Source of the DNA: Eledone cirrhosa
Lineage: Eukaryota
DNA: 64,000 bases
Assembly (NCBI GenBank): GCA_964016885.1
Contig: OZ024756.1
Coordinates: 36,146,001 to 36,210,000 of the forward strand
Reading direction: 5' to 3'
Both the position numbers and the translations under genes were made by a program. The notes beneath the pieces were generated by a model. The model was not told the origin of the DNA. It was given only the letters and a program-made list of their open reading frames with translations, and made no database searches. This document shows, piece by piece, positions 28,101-60,635 of the stretch (positions are counted from its first letter, which is position 1; each line of letters opens with the position of its first letter).

Positions 28101-30320
28101 ACATTCCTCTGAATTTCTTGTTCAAATTTTGATAAATAAATCTTGTATTGTTCAACATGAAGCCTAGCATTTACATTACTCAATATTTACTATTGTACTT
28201 TTACAGTAAACACTTTATTTCACATAATTATCTTTACGGTCTGAGTTCAAATCCTGTTGAGGCTAACTTTGCCTTTCATCCTTACGGGGTGGATATAAAA
28301 TAAAGTACCAGTAATGTACTGGGATAATTGCTGGCCTTGCGCCAAAAGTAGAAACAATTATTTATTTGGAAAACAATATCTTAACATCAGTATGAGCAGC
28401 CAATTATGTCCAGTTTGAACAGAAAGAGATGAGAGAATTCTGGCCGGATATGGCCGGTTTAAGTGCTAAAGGTTTAATTTTGTTTGCTTCGGATTGTAGT
28501 TACCCAGATATTTACATCTCAAATGATATCAATTTTGTTCCATGTATGGACATAAATATATAATATATCAGCTCTCTTCTCGATTGAGCACTATTTTCCC
28601 TTTCCTACCTATGGATATTTTCACTTACGTGTGTGTGTGTATATATATGTGTGTATGTATTCAAAGTAGGGGCCGCACAGGGCAAAAAGCGAAAAGAGAC
28701 AGTCTGATCTCATCAGTCAACCTCTGGAAAGTACTACAGTTTCGTAAAATTAAGGTCAATACCATTTATTCTAGTGCACATTAAGACATAAAAATGTGTG
28801 TGTTTTCATGCATTTCTTTAATTACAATCATTTAATCAAAACATCCAATACATCAGATTGGATTATTTTACTTTAATATAGAGAAAAACATTTAATATTA
28901 CTTTATTCAGTTGTACAAATTGCTCCCACTTCTTTCAGAATGAAAATATAAACCCATATTATTGTTTCTACTTTTGGCACAATGCCAGCAATTTTCCCAG
29001 TGCATTACTGGTACTTTATTTTATCGACCCCGTAAAGATGAAAGTTGACCTCGGTGGAATTTGAGCTCTGAGAGCAGAGAGCTGGAACAAATTCCATAAA
29101 GCATTCTATCCGGTATTCTAACGACTCTGCCAATTCGCCACCTTAAACACATATAATAAATACAATTTAACTATTATGGACAGAGGTTGCCAACCAGTGT
29201 CCCGAGGATCTATGGTGGTCAGTGAACTGTTGTGCAACTAGGCAGACGTACCAAAAGCCTAGAGACACTGCCAGAATTCATTTAACCATTTTGTACCATA
29301 TGTTTAATGAACTACCTGTCCGTTACATATAATTTTGAAAATAATCAAGTTTGTAGGGATTTTGAAATATAATTTTCTCGTTATTTAACAAGTGTTTAAC
29401 ACATAAAATGTCTTATATAAAACTATGATGGAAAGGTTTAGATAAACATAAACAACTTTGATCATAGAAACTAAGAGCGGTTTTCAGGAGAGGTGATATA
29501 GAAAAGTATGGAGTCGTTGGTTCGTGAAATATGATTTAATAAAGCGGGTCTTTCGTAGAGAAAAATAATTGGAATCAATGACTAGACTCAGAGATTAACC
29601 ACCACTAACAAAAGAAAAAGGTAAAATAAGATATATATATATAACTGAAAATACTTGAAAGCGCTAAAAGCTGATGAGAAAGCCATTTGAAGTCCTAAAT
29701 TCCCTTAAAGCACCTGTTACATCAAGGTTTATTCTGACGTAAAATGTAAATAGAAACACCCAACATTTCCTATTGAGTGTGCAGGACTGTTTTTTCTTTC
29801 TCTCCGATTAATGTCTATCAATTTGTCTCTTTTCTACTTATTGTTAATTAAAAAAAAAAAACTATTTTCGAAGAAAGGTTATTCACGTTATTTTTCTCTC
29901 GGATTTTAAATCAAATTTATTACCATCTATATTTTCATTAAGGTGTCTACGACACGTACAACAATCTTCAGGGTTATTTATAAGACAATCGGGGATCATT
30001 TAGCTTTCAAACTTCGTTCTTGTTTTGAACTGACCTGAGAAGTTATCATTTCCTACCAAAAACTTTTCATTTTACATACAAATACAAAATATGTGTATAT
30101 ATATATGTGTGTGTGTGTATATATATATATAAAGGTGTGTGTTTTTATTTTTACCTTCCAAATGAAACAACTAAACGGTATAAACAAACAGAATAAACCA
30201 AAGGTGAGAATAGTTGACCAGGTGAGAATAGCATGTAGCTACAGTGAAGAAATACGCACCTGGACAGAATGTAACGTAGTAGAGCAGTAAAATATAGGTC
30301 AACACAGGTAGTTTCTCCAT
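19875..30320 (-). CDS. Lachesin/IgLON-like GPI-anchored cell adhesion protein, 363 aa, 8 coding exons
   Basis: Exons 30320-30260, 28026-27896, 27165-26949, 25654-25494, 24426-24315, 23062-22909, 21499-21354, 19984-19875. All introns GT-AG with compatible phases; total 1092 nt. Signal peptide [20 protein letters not shown]; three Ig domains (DKGKYIC, DRGKYIC, DYGNYEC); hydrophobic C-terminus [22 protein letters not shown]. Confidence 0.9.
20470..21125 (-). mobile_element. Degenerate CRE-clade non-LTR retrotransposon 3' fragment (zinc knuckle and restriction-like endonuclease)
   Basis: Frameshifted translation [54 protein letters not shown] fits my recollection of CRE-type RLE motifs. Confidence 0.7.
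21354..21499 (-). CDS. Lachesin-like exon 7 (Ig3 C-half)
   Basis: YKIVF...[24 protein letters not shown]; donor GTAAGT. Confidence 0.92.
21806..21841 (+). ncRNA. Minimal hammerhead motif, family shared with 32667-32702 and 18919-18950
   Basis: tctt-CTGATGA-aggactagtgtca-GAAA-cg-TT-aaga; palindromic AACGTT stem III. Confidence 0.6.
22909..23062 (-). CDS. Lachesin-like exon 6 (Ig3 N-half)
   Basis: [29 protein letters not shown]...ISW; canonical splice sites. Confidence 0.92.
24315..24426 (-). CDS. Lachesin-like exon 5 (Ig2 C-half)
   Basis: [26 protein letters not shown]; canonical splice sites. Confidence 0.92.
24479..24681. mobile_element. piggyBac-type MITE inserted at TTAA within a duplicated exon fragment
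   Basis: TTAA on both sides; the empty site is present at 24398-24401. Confidence 0.88.
25494..25654 (-). CDS. Lachesin-like exon 4 (Ig2 N-half)
   Basis: [12 protein letters not shown]...[19 protein letters not shown]; canonical splice sites. Confidence 0.92.
26949..27165 (-). CDS. Lachesin-like exon 3 (Ig1 C-half)
   Basis: VKWSH...[20 protein letters not shown]; cag acceptor, GTGAG donor. Confidence 0.92.
27896..28026 (-). CDS. Lachesin-like exon 2 (Ig1 N-half)
   Basis: Poly-T acceptor; [13 protein letters not shown]...[15 protein letters not shown]; donor GTAAA. Confidence 0.88.
30260..30320 (-). CDS. Lachesin-like exon 1 (signal peptide)
   Basis: ATG at 30320; [20 protein letters not shown]; donor G|GTGCGT, phase 1. 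Confidence 0.8.
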
Positions 30321-30344
30321 TTTGAAATACTTGTTTGGGGGAGG

Positions 30345-30410
30345 GCGCATGCGTTTACAGGACATCGAGGACATATAAAAAACGCATGCGCAAATGCCAC
30401 ACCTGATTGG
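30345..30410 (-). promoter_or_regulatory. Putative proximal promoter of the lachesin-like gene: two NRF-1-like GCGCATGCG sites and a CCAAT box
   Basis: gcgcatgcgt (~30346), acgcatgcgc (~30382) and CCAATCAG on - (30403-30410), just upstream of the ATG. Confidence 0.5.
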
Positions 30411-31251
30411 TAAATTAATACTCTCAATACTTCCTCATTACCTATACCTAATCTACCATTTTGTTGTTTTATATAACTAGCCTTTTAGCTGGGCCAAATA
30501 TCAAACTTTATATATAATTGTTTCTACTTCTGGCACAAGGCCAGCAATTACTGGTACTTTATTTTATCGACCCCGTAAGGATGAAAGGCAAAGTTAACTT
30601 CGGCGGGATTTGAACTCAGTTCATAAAGGGCCGTAACTCTTTGCTGCAAAGCATGGCGTCCGGCCCTCTACCGATACTGCCAATCCACCTGTAAAACCTG
30701 TTATACCATTACTCACCAGAGTACTCGATACTACCTGTTGAAACGGCAGGAGCTCAGCCTTCGGGGTCCCGACTCCTTCAAACATATATATGTAGCTCCT
30801 ACAGGACTAGAACTGTTTCATTCGGAGGAATAATAGAAATCCTTGCCCTACGGTTAAGCTTATACAGTTTTGATAGCAAAAATAAATACACAGAGTTCTT
30901 GAGCATGTCAATAGTTGTCTTATAACCTTATAAACACTCAGGAGAAACTCCAGAGTAAGAAGACACTGATTTGTCTAATAAAACTATTAATCTTTACTGA
31001 GGTATTGAGTACTCATTCTCGCGGCCGTCTGAGGAAATTCGCGGCACTGCAGTACAGGACCACAAAATAGATTCAATTGAACCCATCACTTCACTGCTAA
31101 AATGTTTTGTTGATTCAAGAAATATAAAACGGTGATTCGCCCAGGATGGGATTTGAACTCAGAACCTAACTTGCTGGGGAGGAGATTAGGCTTGTGTGGG
31201 TTGACAATATTGGTAGAGCATCAGACAAAATGCTTTACGGCATATAGTTAC

Positions 31252-32190
31252 ATTCATCATCATCATCATAGTTTTCACGTCTGTTTTTCCATGCTTGCAT
31301 TGGGTGAACATGTCCTGCTCAGCATAGCATCTCTTAACTCACCACATTTCTTCATCATCTCTTCTGTGACTCTCAGCGATTTGAGGTCAGCTCTCACCAC
31401 CTGTGCCCAGGTCTTCCTCAGTCTACCTCTACTGTGGCTTCCATCCACTGGGAATTCCTGGCACTTCTTCATCTTCACCCATTGATCATCATCCATGCGC
31501 ATCACATGTCCGTACCAATGCACACCACCTTTGATTCCTCTTAAACCCAGCTTCTCCTTCAGCTCGTCCAAGCTCTGCCTTTCTCTCACACTTACATTGC
31601 ACATCCAACAATATATATATGTATGCAAAGCAGGGTTGCTTCATTTCTCTCCAGTCTACGCATGTCCTCAGCAGTCAAAGCCCATGTTTCATTACCATGC
31701 AGCATTGCACACAGTCGTCCTTTTGTATGTAGGGAGAAACTTTTATTATCAACAGTGGGAGTAGCTCTCTAATCTTTCTCCATCCTATCCTTATTCTAGC
31801 TATTATACTCTCACAACCCCCTCCTCCACTGCCAATTAAGTCACCTAGATAACAGAAGCTATCTACCACTTCTATGGACCCTTCCTGTGGCTGGAAAAGG
31901 TTTATATCACTGACACTTTCTCCTCAATTACTATTGTGCATCTTCTACATACAAAGTCTTCCCTACCTGTTAGTCTACCCATTACTCCACTACATCTCTT
32001 GTGTCCCCAAAATTTATGTTGTGCACATTATATGAAGTTTGTGCCTACTCCTTTTCTACATATTGAGCAGGGCCACTTATCTGAAGGAATCAGGGTTCTA
32101 TCTTCTTTCCTACTCACTAACACTTTAGTTTTGGCTAAGTTTACCCTTAGACATTTTGATTCCAAATTCTGTTTCCAAATAAATACAAAG
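31252..32190 (-). mobile_element. 5'-truncated degenerate RTE-clade LINE
   Basis: VDSFCYLGDLI..ARIRIGWRK.RELLPLL; WYGHVMRM; RGRLRKTW; (GAT)n tail. Confidence 0.85.
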
Positions 32191-32466
32191 ATCAAAATCC
32201 AGAGAGTACTTTGTAAGGGTTATAATAATGATAATAATAATGAAATTATTGTGCACAGTGCTCAGGTGCACTACAACTTGTCAAAGGTGCATGTATAGTA
32301 CATAGAATAATTGTTCTTTTGGCAGCAATTACCCAGTGCATTACTGGTACTTTATTTTATCAACCCCCTAAGGATGAAAGGCAAAGTTAACTTCAGCGGA
32401 TTTGAACTCAGAATAATGAATAATACACAAATGAATAATGTACAAATGTCAGGAAAGTGAACAGTG

Positions 32467-32502
<36 letters not shown>

Positions 32503-32666
32503 AACCCATAGAGCAATATTTATTATTAGTACAGATTAAAGTTTAAGCAATGAATTTCTGCTTTCATTGTAAGTGTGATCATCTGAAACTCATATATATA
32601 TATATGTGTGTGTGTGTATATATATATATACATAACTTTTTATTTCATCTTTTATTTATAATTCTA

Positions 32667-32702
32667 TCTTCTGATGAAGGACTCGTATCTGAAATGTAAA
32701 GA
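32667..32702 (+). ncRNA. Minimal hammerhead motif (same family)
   Basis: tctt-CTGATGA-aggactcgtatct-GAAA-tg-TA-aaga, followed by the same tail (ctatatcaagcgttaa). Confidence 0.55.
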
Positions 32703-33144
32703 CACTTTCCTACTATATCAAGCGTTAAACTAATATGTTTCTTCATTACACCGTGTTGTTTGTGTCCTGATTTCAAATCCTTCTTAGGTCAGTCTTGACT
32801 TTCATCATTTTGGAATTGATAAATAAAGTACCAGCCAAGTACCGATGATTGATCTAATCACTTCCAACCAATCACTAATACCACCAGTGTTAGTTGTAGT
32901 TGTTGTGTTTTCAACCAGAGGTTTATTTTGATTGAGCTGTCTTATGATCAAAGCCATAACTACCTGGGGTTTTTTTATGGACATGATATATCTAGGACTA
33001 CATCATTAAATGTGTCTGGTTTTGTAAGGAAGATTTAACAGCATGTCAACTGAACTATTAGAACAGGTATGGGAAACCTTTTTCGAGCAGGGGCCTGCAT
33101 AGGATGTTGCTCATCATGAGGTGGGCTACACTACTAAAAAAAGG

Positions 33145-36100
33145 ACATTGTCTTGTCCTACACAGTATGTAGTGTCATATATTACACTGTCTTGTCCTAT
33201 AGATACAGTGTGTAGTGTGTTGGATAGGGCACTCAGTCTTGCCCTATAGATATGGTGTGCAATGTGATATAGTACACTGTTGTCCTATACAGTGTGTAGT
33301 GTGATATATTACACTGTCTTGTCCTATACAGTATGTAGTGTGATATATTACACTGTTGTCCTATACAGTGTGTAGTGTGATATATTATACTGTTGTCCTA
33401 TACAGTGTGTAGTGTGATATATTACACTGTTGTCCTATACAGTGTGTAGTGTGATATATTATACTGTTGTCCTATACAGTGTGTAGTGTGATATATTATA
33501 CTGTTGTCCTATACAGTGTGTAGTGTGATATATTACACTGTTGTCCTATACAGTGTGTAGTGTGATATATTATACTGTTGTCCTATACAGTGTGTAGTGT
33601 GATATATTACACTGTTGTCCTATACAGTGTGTAGTGTGATATATTACACTGTTGTCCTATACAGTGTGTAGTGTGATATATTACACTGTTGTCCTATACA
33701 GTGTGTAGTGTGATATATTACACTGTCTTGTCCTATACAGTGTGTAGTGTGATATATTACACTGTTGTCCTATACAGTATGTAGTGTGATATATTACACT
33801 GTCTTGTCCTATACAGTATGTAGTGTGATATATTACACTGTTGTCCTATACAGTATGTAGTGTGATATATTACACTGTCTTGTCCTATACAGTATGTAGT
33901 GTGATATATTACACTGTTGTCCTATACAGTGTATAGTGTGATATATTACACTGTTGTTCTATACAGTGTGTAGTGTGATATATTACACTGTCTTGTCCTA
34001 TACAGTATGTAGTGTGATATATTACACTCTTGTCCTATACAGTATATAGTGTGATATATTACACTGTCTTGTCCTATACAGTGTGTAGTGTGATATATTA
34101 CACTGTTGTCCTATACAGTATGTAGTGTGATATATTACACTGTTGTCCTATACAGTATGTAGTGTGATATATTACACTGTTGTCCTATACAGTATGTAGT
34201 GTGATATATTATACTGTTGTCCTATACAGTATGTAGTGTGATATATTACACTGTTGTCCTATACAGTGTGTAGTGTGATATATTACACTGTTGTCCTATA
34301 CAGTATGTAGTGTGATATATTACACTGTTGTCCTATACAGTGTGTAGTGTGATATATTACACTGTTGTCCTATACAGTGTGTAGTGTGATATATTACACT
34401 GTTGTCCTATACAGTGCGTAGTGTGATATATTACACTGTTGTCCTATACAGTATGTAGTGTGATATATTACACTGTTGTCCTATACAGTATGTAGTGTGA
34501 TATATTACACTGTTGTCCTATACAGTATGTAGTGTGATATATTACACTGTTGTCCTATACAGTATGTAGTGTGATATATTATACTGTTGTCCTATACAGT
34601 GTGTAGTGTGATATATTACACTGTTGTCCTATACAGTGTGTAGTGTGATATATTACACTGTTGTCCTATACAGTATGTAGCATGATATATTACACTGTTG
34701 TCCTATACAGTATGTAGTGTGATATATTACACTGTTGTCCTATACAGTGTATAGTGTGATATATTACACTGTTGTTCTATACAGTGTGTAGTGTGATATA
34801 TTACACTGTCTTGTCCTATACAGTATGTAGTGTGATATATTACACTCTTGTCCTATACAGTATATAGTGTGATATATTACACTGTCTTGTCCTATACAGT
34901 GTGTAGTGTGATATATTACACTGTTGTCCTATACAGTATGTAGTGTGATATATTACACTGTTGTCCTATACAGTATGTAGTGTGATATATTACACTGTTG
35001 TCCTATACAGTATGTAGTGTGATATATTATACTGTTGTCCTATACAGTATGTAGTGTGATATATTACACTGTTGTCCTATACAGTGTGTAGTGTGATATA
35101 TTACACTGTTGTCCTATACAGTATGTAGTGTGATATATTACACTGTTGTCCTATACAGTGTGTAGTGTGATATATTACACTGTTGTCCTATACAGTGTGT
35201 AGTGTGATATATTACACTGTTGTCCTATACAGTGCGTAGTGTGATATATTACACTGTTGTCCTATACAGTATGTAGTGTGATATATTACACTGTTGTCCT
35301 ATACAGTATGTAGTGTGATATATTACACTGTTGTCCTATACAGTATGTAGTGTGATATATTACACTGTTGTCCTATACAGTATGTAGTGTGATATATTAT
35401 ACTGTTGTCCTATACAGTGTGTAGTGTGATATATTACACTGTTGTCCTATACAGTGTGTAGTGTGATATATTACACTGTTGTCCTATACAGTATGTAGCG
35501 TGATATATTACACTGTTGTCCTATACAGTATGTAGTGTGATATATTACACTGTTGTCCTAACCAGTGCCTAGTGTGTTATATTACACTCTTGTCCTATAG
35601 AACCAGTGTGTAGTGTGTTATATTACACTCTTGTCCTAACCAGCGCCTAGTGTGTTATATTACACTCTTGTCCTATAGAACCAGTGTGTAGTGTGTTATA
35701 TTACACTCTTGTCCTATAGAACCAGTGTGTAGTGTGTTATATTACACTCTTGTCCTATAGAACCAGTGTGTAATGTGTTATATTACACTCTTGTCCTATA
35801 GAACCAGTGTGTAGTGTGTTATATTACACTCTTGTCCTATAGAACCAGTGTGTAGTGTGTTATATTACACTCTTGTCCAAACCAGTGCCTAGTGTGTTAT
35901 ATTACACTCTTGTCCTATAGAACCAGTGTGTAGTGTATTATATTACACTCTTGTCCTATAGAACCAGTGTGTAGTGTGTTATATTACACTCTTGTCCTAT
36001 AGAACCAGTGTGTAGTGTATTATATTACACTCTTGTCCTAACCAGTGCCTAGTGTTTTATATTACACTCTTGTCCTATAGAACCAGTGTGTAGTGTGTTA

Positions 36101-36500
36101 TATTACACTCTTCTCCTATAGAACCAGTGTGTAGTGTATTATATTACACTCTTGTCCTAACCAGTGCCTAGTGTGTTATATTACACTCTTGTCCTATAGA
36201 ACCAGTGTGTAGTGTGTTATATTACACTCTTCTCCTATAGAACCAGTGTGTAGTGTGTTATATTACACTCTTGTCCTATAGAACCAGTGTGTAGTATGTT
36301 ATATTACACTCTTGTCCTATAGAACCAGTGTGTAGTGTGTTATATTACACTCTTGTCCTATAGAACCAGTGTGTAGTGTGTTATATTACACTCTTGTCCT
36401 ATAGAAGCAGTGTGTAGTGTGTTATATTACACTCTTGTCCTATACAGTGTGTAGTGTGATATATTACACTGTTGTCCTATAGAAGCAGTGAGTAGTGTGT
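33145..36500. repeat. 3.3-kb satellite: 37-39-bp unit switching to a 41-bp unit at ~35560
   Basis: Unit tgtagtgtgatatattacactgttgtcctatacagtg; later ccagtgtgtagtgtgttatattacactcttgtcctatagaa. Confidence 0.95.
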
Positions 36501-36841
36501 TAGATCTACTGTAAGGAATCCACTCTGTATCAAGGTTGAATCCACAGACACCGACAATGAAGGATGATATATATTGAGTGTCTAATGATGTAGATCTTTA
36601 TCTACTCTGTTAGATCATCTATATTCTAAGTATCTTGTTGTGTTGGACCCAGTTGTTGGATCAAGGATACAGCCTACATATGAAATTAATGTACTGGTGG
36701 CTGAGCATTCTACAGACACATGTACGCTTAATGTAGTTCTCAGTGGCAGGGAAATTCAGCCATTTCACACTGTGCATGATAAGGCTGAAATGAGGGAGCC
36801 ACTGATGTCCTGCAGTATGTATATCGATATTAACATATATG

Positions 36842-37347
36842 CAGGGTCTTGTTTGCCTTAACCCTTTAGCATTTAAACTGGCCAGAATTCTCTCACCTGT
36901 TTCTGTTCAAACTGACCCCAACCGGCCCCTCATACTGACTTTAAGGTATTGTTCTCAAAATAAATAATATCAAAATCTCATAGATTCAATATTATGTGAG
37001 ATATGTAAGATAAGGCCTTTTACTGCAAAAATACAATAGTTTATAAAGAGTAGTCTAAATGCTAAAGGGTTAAATATGTGAGCGGGGACAAACCAACATT
37101 TGTTGATTCTTAAAGGAGTATAAATTGCTTAGGGTGCCTTTCCCGGACCCTATCACATAAGTAAAATTTTACGCTATTTAAATTTTATATATTCAAATGA
37201 AGCTCAGATATAAAAAAAATAAACTTAAAAAGAATTTATTATATCAAATAAACAAAAAACAAAAGATGGTCGGTCCTCCATTCTTGAAAAAGTGAGGGGG
37301 GGGGGGGGGGGCTTGTCCCCTGATAAACCCCTGAAACAAGGCCCTTG
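36842..37347. mobile_element. hAT-type non-autonomous element with a nested piggyBac-type MITE
   Basis: Imperfect TIRs cagggtcttgttt/aaacaaggcccttg; 8-bp TSD catatatg at 36834-36841 and 37348-37355. Confidence 0.7.
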
Positions 37348-37816
37348 CATATATGGACACCACTGTCTTGTTGGATAAACTCCTTATTTATTGTAACAAA
37401 TTCATTACCAGCTTACCTGTCATGGATTCTGCCTTGCTTTCCCTATAATTCCAGCCCCTCATTCCCAGTTACACCTCAGATCTTCCCCACTCCCCTGCCC
37501 TAATGCTTCACCCCCTATAAACATATCATAGAAAAAATAAAATAACAGAAAATTCCAGAAGATTCTTGGTTCAATATTGGTAAATATATTTTTTATTAAG
37601 ATACAATATGTACAAATGGTCTGACTTCTTTTCTTGTTTTGTTTTTGTGAGGACCCAATAAGGTTTTACTATGAACAAACACACACACATACAAACACAT
37701 ACAAACACACACACGCACACACACAAACACACACACCTCATTGTCTTATTTATATGTCATAAAATGGTGCTTCAGCAACATTGAAGATTCCACTTTATAA
37801 TAATGCCACTGAATTT

Positions 37817-37848
<32 letters not shown>

Positions 37849-37974
37849 TTATATATATATATATATGTGTGTGTATATATATATATATACACACATATAG
37901 ATATATATATATATATAAATAATTTTGGATATAAATCGAAGTTGTAGCTGCCATATAGCAGGTACTAATTGCGT

Positions 37975-38034
<60 letters not shown>

Positions 38035-38076
38035 ATAATATAAATAAATGGAAATTATCTTTATAAAACCATATTT

Positions 38077-38134
38077 ATTTTATTATATATATTTCAAGGG
38101 TACCAAAATTTTGGTACGACTCATCAGATAAAAT
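38077..38134 (-). ncRNA. Type-I hammerhead ribozyme motif in a (TA)n-flanked element
   Basis: attttat-CTGATGA-gtc-gtaccaaaattttggtac-cctt-GAAA-tatata-TA-ataaaat; perfect 7-bp stem I, base of stem II mismatched. Confidence 0.6.
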
Positions 38135-38260
38135 ACAAAAGTTGTTTTACAGAAAGTGACATATTCAAATTAGAACTTTATGTTTTGAGTTCTGTTTGAA
38201 TGCTTCTAATCTGTTATAAACTAAATTTGTTCAATAATCAACAAATTAAATAACTGATTG

Positions 38261-38305
<45 letters not shown>

Positions 38306-38629
38306 GTATATATATGTATATGTATGTATATGTATATATATAATGAGGTCGTGTAGGTGTCATGACAAAAAAAAACACACAGTCCACGCTGTAATGTGGC
38401 CGTGTAGGTAACACGGTAAAAACCTCCCAGTCCACACTGTAAACGTGGTTGGTGTTAGGAAGGGCATCCAGCCGTAGAAAACCCGCCAGACAGTCCTATA
38501 TGAGCAGGACAACCAATCTTGCCTCAAGTGGGAAACCTCCCGTCCAAACCCATGCAAGCGTGGAAGATGGACGTTAGACGATGATGATGATGATGATGAT
38601 ATGTATATATATATATATGTATATATATG

Positions 38630-38706
<77 letters not shown>

Positions 38707-38743
38707 GTATATATATATGTATATATATATATGTATATATATG

Positions 38744-38814
<71 letters not shown>

Positions 38815-38853
38815 ATATATATATGTATATATATATATGTATATATATATATG

Positions 38854-39014
<161 letters not shown>

Positions 39015-39090
39015 GAATATGTATATATATGATGATGATGATATGTATATGTATATATATATGTATATATATATATATATATCTATATGT

Positions 39091-39142
<52 letters not shown>

Positions 39143-39320
39143 GTATATATATATATAGATAGATAAATATACACGGGTGTGTATGATTGTGTATAGAAGA
39201 TTATATTAATTAAAGGAATTCCAACTTTGTCTGATTTACTCGTTTTATTTACAATCCTTTAAAATTATAATGGTATTAGAATGAAATAGTATGGTAGAAT
39301 ATTAAATGTTAAGTGTTAAT

Positions 39321-39359
39321 TGAACAAGTACTTTCATGCTTTCGCAATCTTCAGGTTCA
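39321..39359 (-). ncRNA. Identical minimal hammerhead motif on the opposite strand (inverted twin)
   Basis: Exact reverse complement of 39424-39462. Confidence 0.75.
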
Positions 39360-39423
39360 TAATGTGTGGTGACAATCAAGTTTCACAGTTTAAAATTGCA
39401 AACTTGACTGTCACCACAGAATA

Positions 39424-39462
39424 TGAACCTGAAGATTGCGAAAGCATGAAAGTACTTGTTCA
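39424..39462 (+). ncRNA. Minimal type-I hammerhead ribozyme motif (Penelope-like)
   Basis: tgaac-CTGAAGA-t-tgcGAAAgca-t-GAAA-gtac-TT-gttca: stem I tgaac/gttca, GNRA-capped stem II, palindromic stem III AAGTACTT. Confidence 0.75.
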
Positions 39463-39526
39463 ATTAACACTTAACATTTAATATTCTACCATACTATTTC
39501 ATTCTAATATCATTTAAAATTTTAAA

Positions 39527-39558
<32 letters not shown>

Positions 39559-39583
39559 GTATGTATATATATATATATGTATG

Positions 39584-39660
<77 letters not shown>

Positions 39661-39687
39661 GTATATATATGTATATGTATATATATG

Positions 39688-39834
<147 letters not shown>

Positions 39835-39849
39835 GTATATATATATGTA

Positions 39850-39905
<56 letters not shown>

Positions 39906-40221
39906 CATATATATATGTGTCTGTATGTGTGTATATATATATATACATATATTTATATGTGTGTGTATATATATATACATACCTACATTTTTTATATGGT
40001 ATTATTGAGGTCCAGCCCCTTTTCTCATTTGATTAATTCCCAAATACATACACAAAGACAGAATGTTTACTTCAGTACTTCAATGAATACACTCAGTCAT
40101 TCTACCAGAAAAACAAACACATCACCAACAACACTCATAAAATACATTAAATTAAATTAATTTAGATTTGTAAATATATTTAAACATGTTTTTAGTCTCA
40201 CTTTGAAAGAGATTTTTTTGT

Positions 40222-40227
40222 TTTATT
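40222..40227 (-). terminator. Candidate poly(A) signal of the peroxidase-like gene
   Basis: AATAAA on - ~0.7 kb after the stop; an alternative distal AATAAA lies near 37592. Confidence 0.35.
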
Positions 40228-40392
40228 TTGCTATAGCCTCTGAGGGAATATTTGCTAGCTCGGCCATCACTGATAGTAATATACTATATGCTTCATAGTA
40301 TATAGTAGGTACATAGTATGTAGCTACTATGAATGATGGGCAGTAGTTGGTATATAGTTTATACATAGTGTATAGCTACTATGGACAGTAAT

Positions 40393-40685
40393 CAGTATGT
40401 AGTAGGTACACAGTATATAAGAACAAATACTATGCACATAGTATATATGTATATAGTATGTATGTACATAGTATATAGGTACTATGGATGGTGCAACTAA
40501 GGACAGCAGCCAGTATGTAGTAGGTACACAGTATATAAGAACAAATACTATGCACATAGTATATATGTATATAGTATGTATGTACATAGTATATAGGTAC
40601 TATGGATGGTGCAACTAAGGACAGCAGCCAGTATGTAGTAGGTACACAGTATATAAGAACATATATACTATGCACATAGTATATA
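40393..40685. repeat. ~2.5x 118-bp tandem duplication in the peroxidase-like 3' UTR
   Basis: Repeat starts at 40393, 40511, 40629. Confidence 0.8.
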
Positions 40686-40900
40686 TCTATTAGGATGTAT
40701 CTATGTACATAGTATATAGACACATAGTATATATGCATATAATATATATGTACATAGTATATAGTAGATACATAGTATAAAGGTTCTATGGATGGTGCTA
40801 TCCTCAGATTCTCTATTCACTACCAGCGAAAACAAAACCTTTTTTTTTTTCTTTATACACAGTCTTTTGAAATGAGAAAAAATTCCCAACAGTAGTTGAC

Positions 40901-60623
<19,723 letters not shown>

Positions 60624-60635
60624 TTGTTGAATTGT

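Noticed and set aside
33145-36500. CRISPR-like array of ~37-bp partly palindromic repeats
   Set aside because: Units are head-to-tail with no unique spacers, there are no cas genes, and the context is eukaryotic: a satellite.
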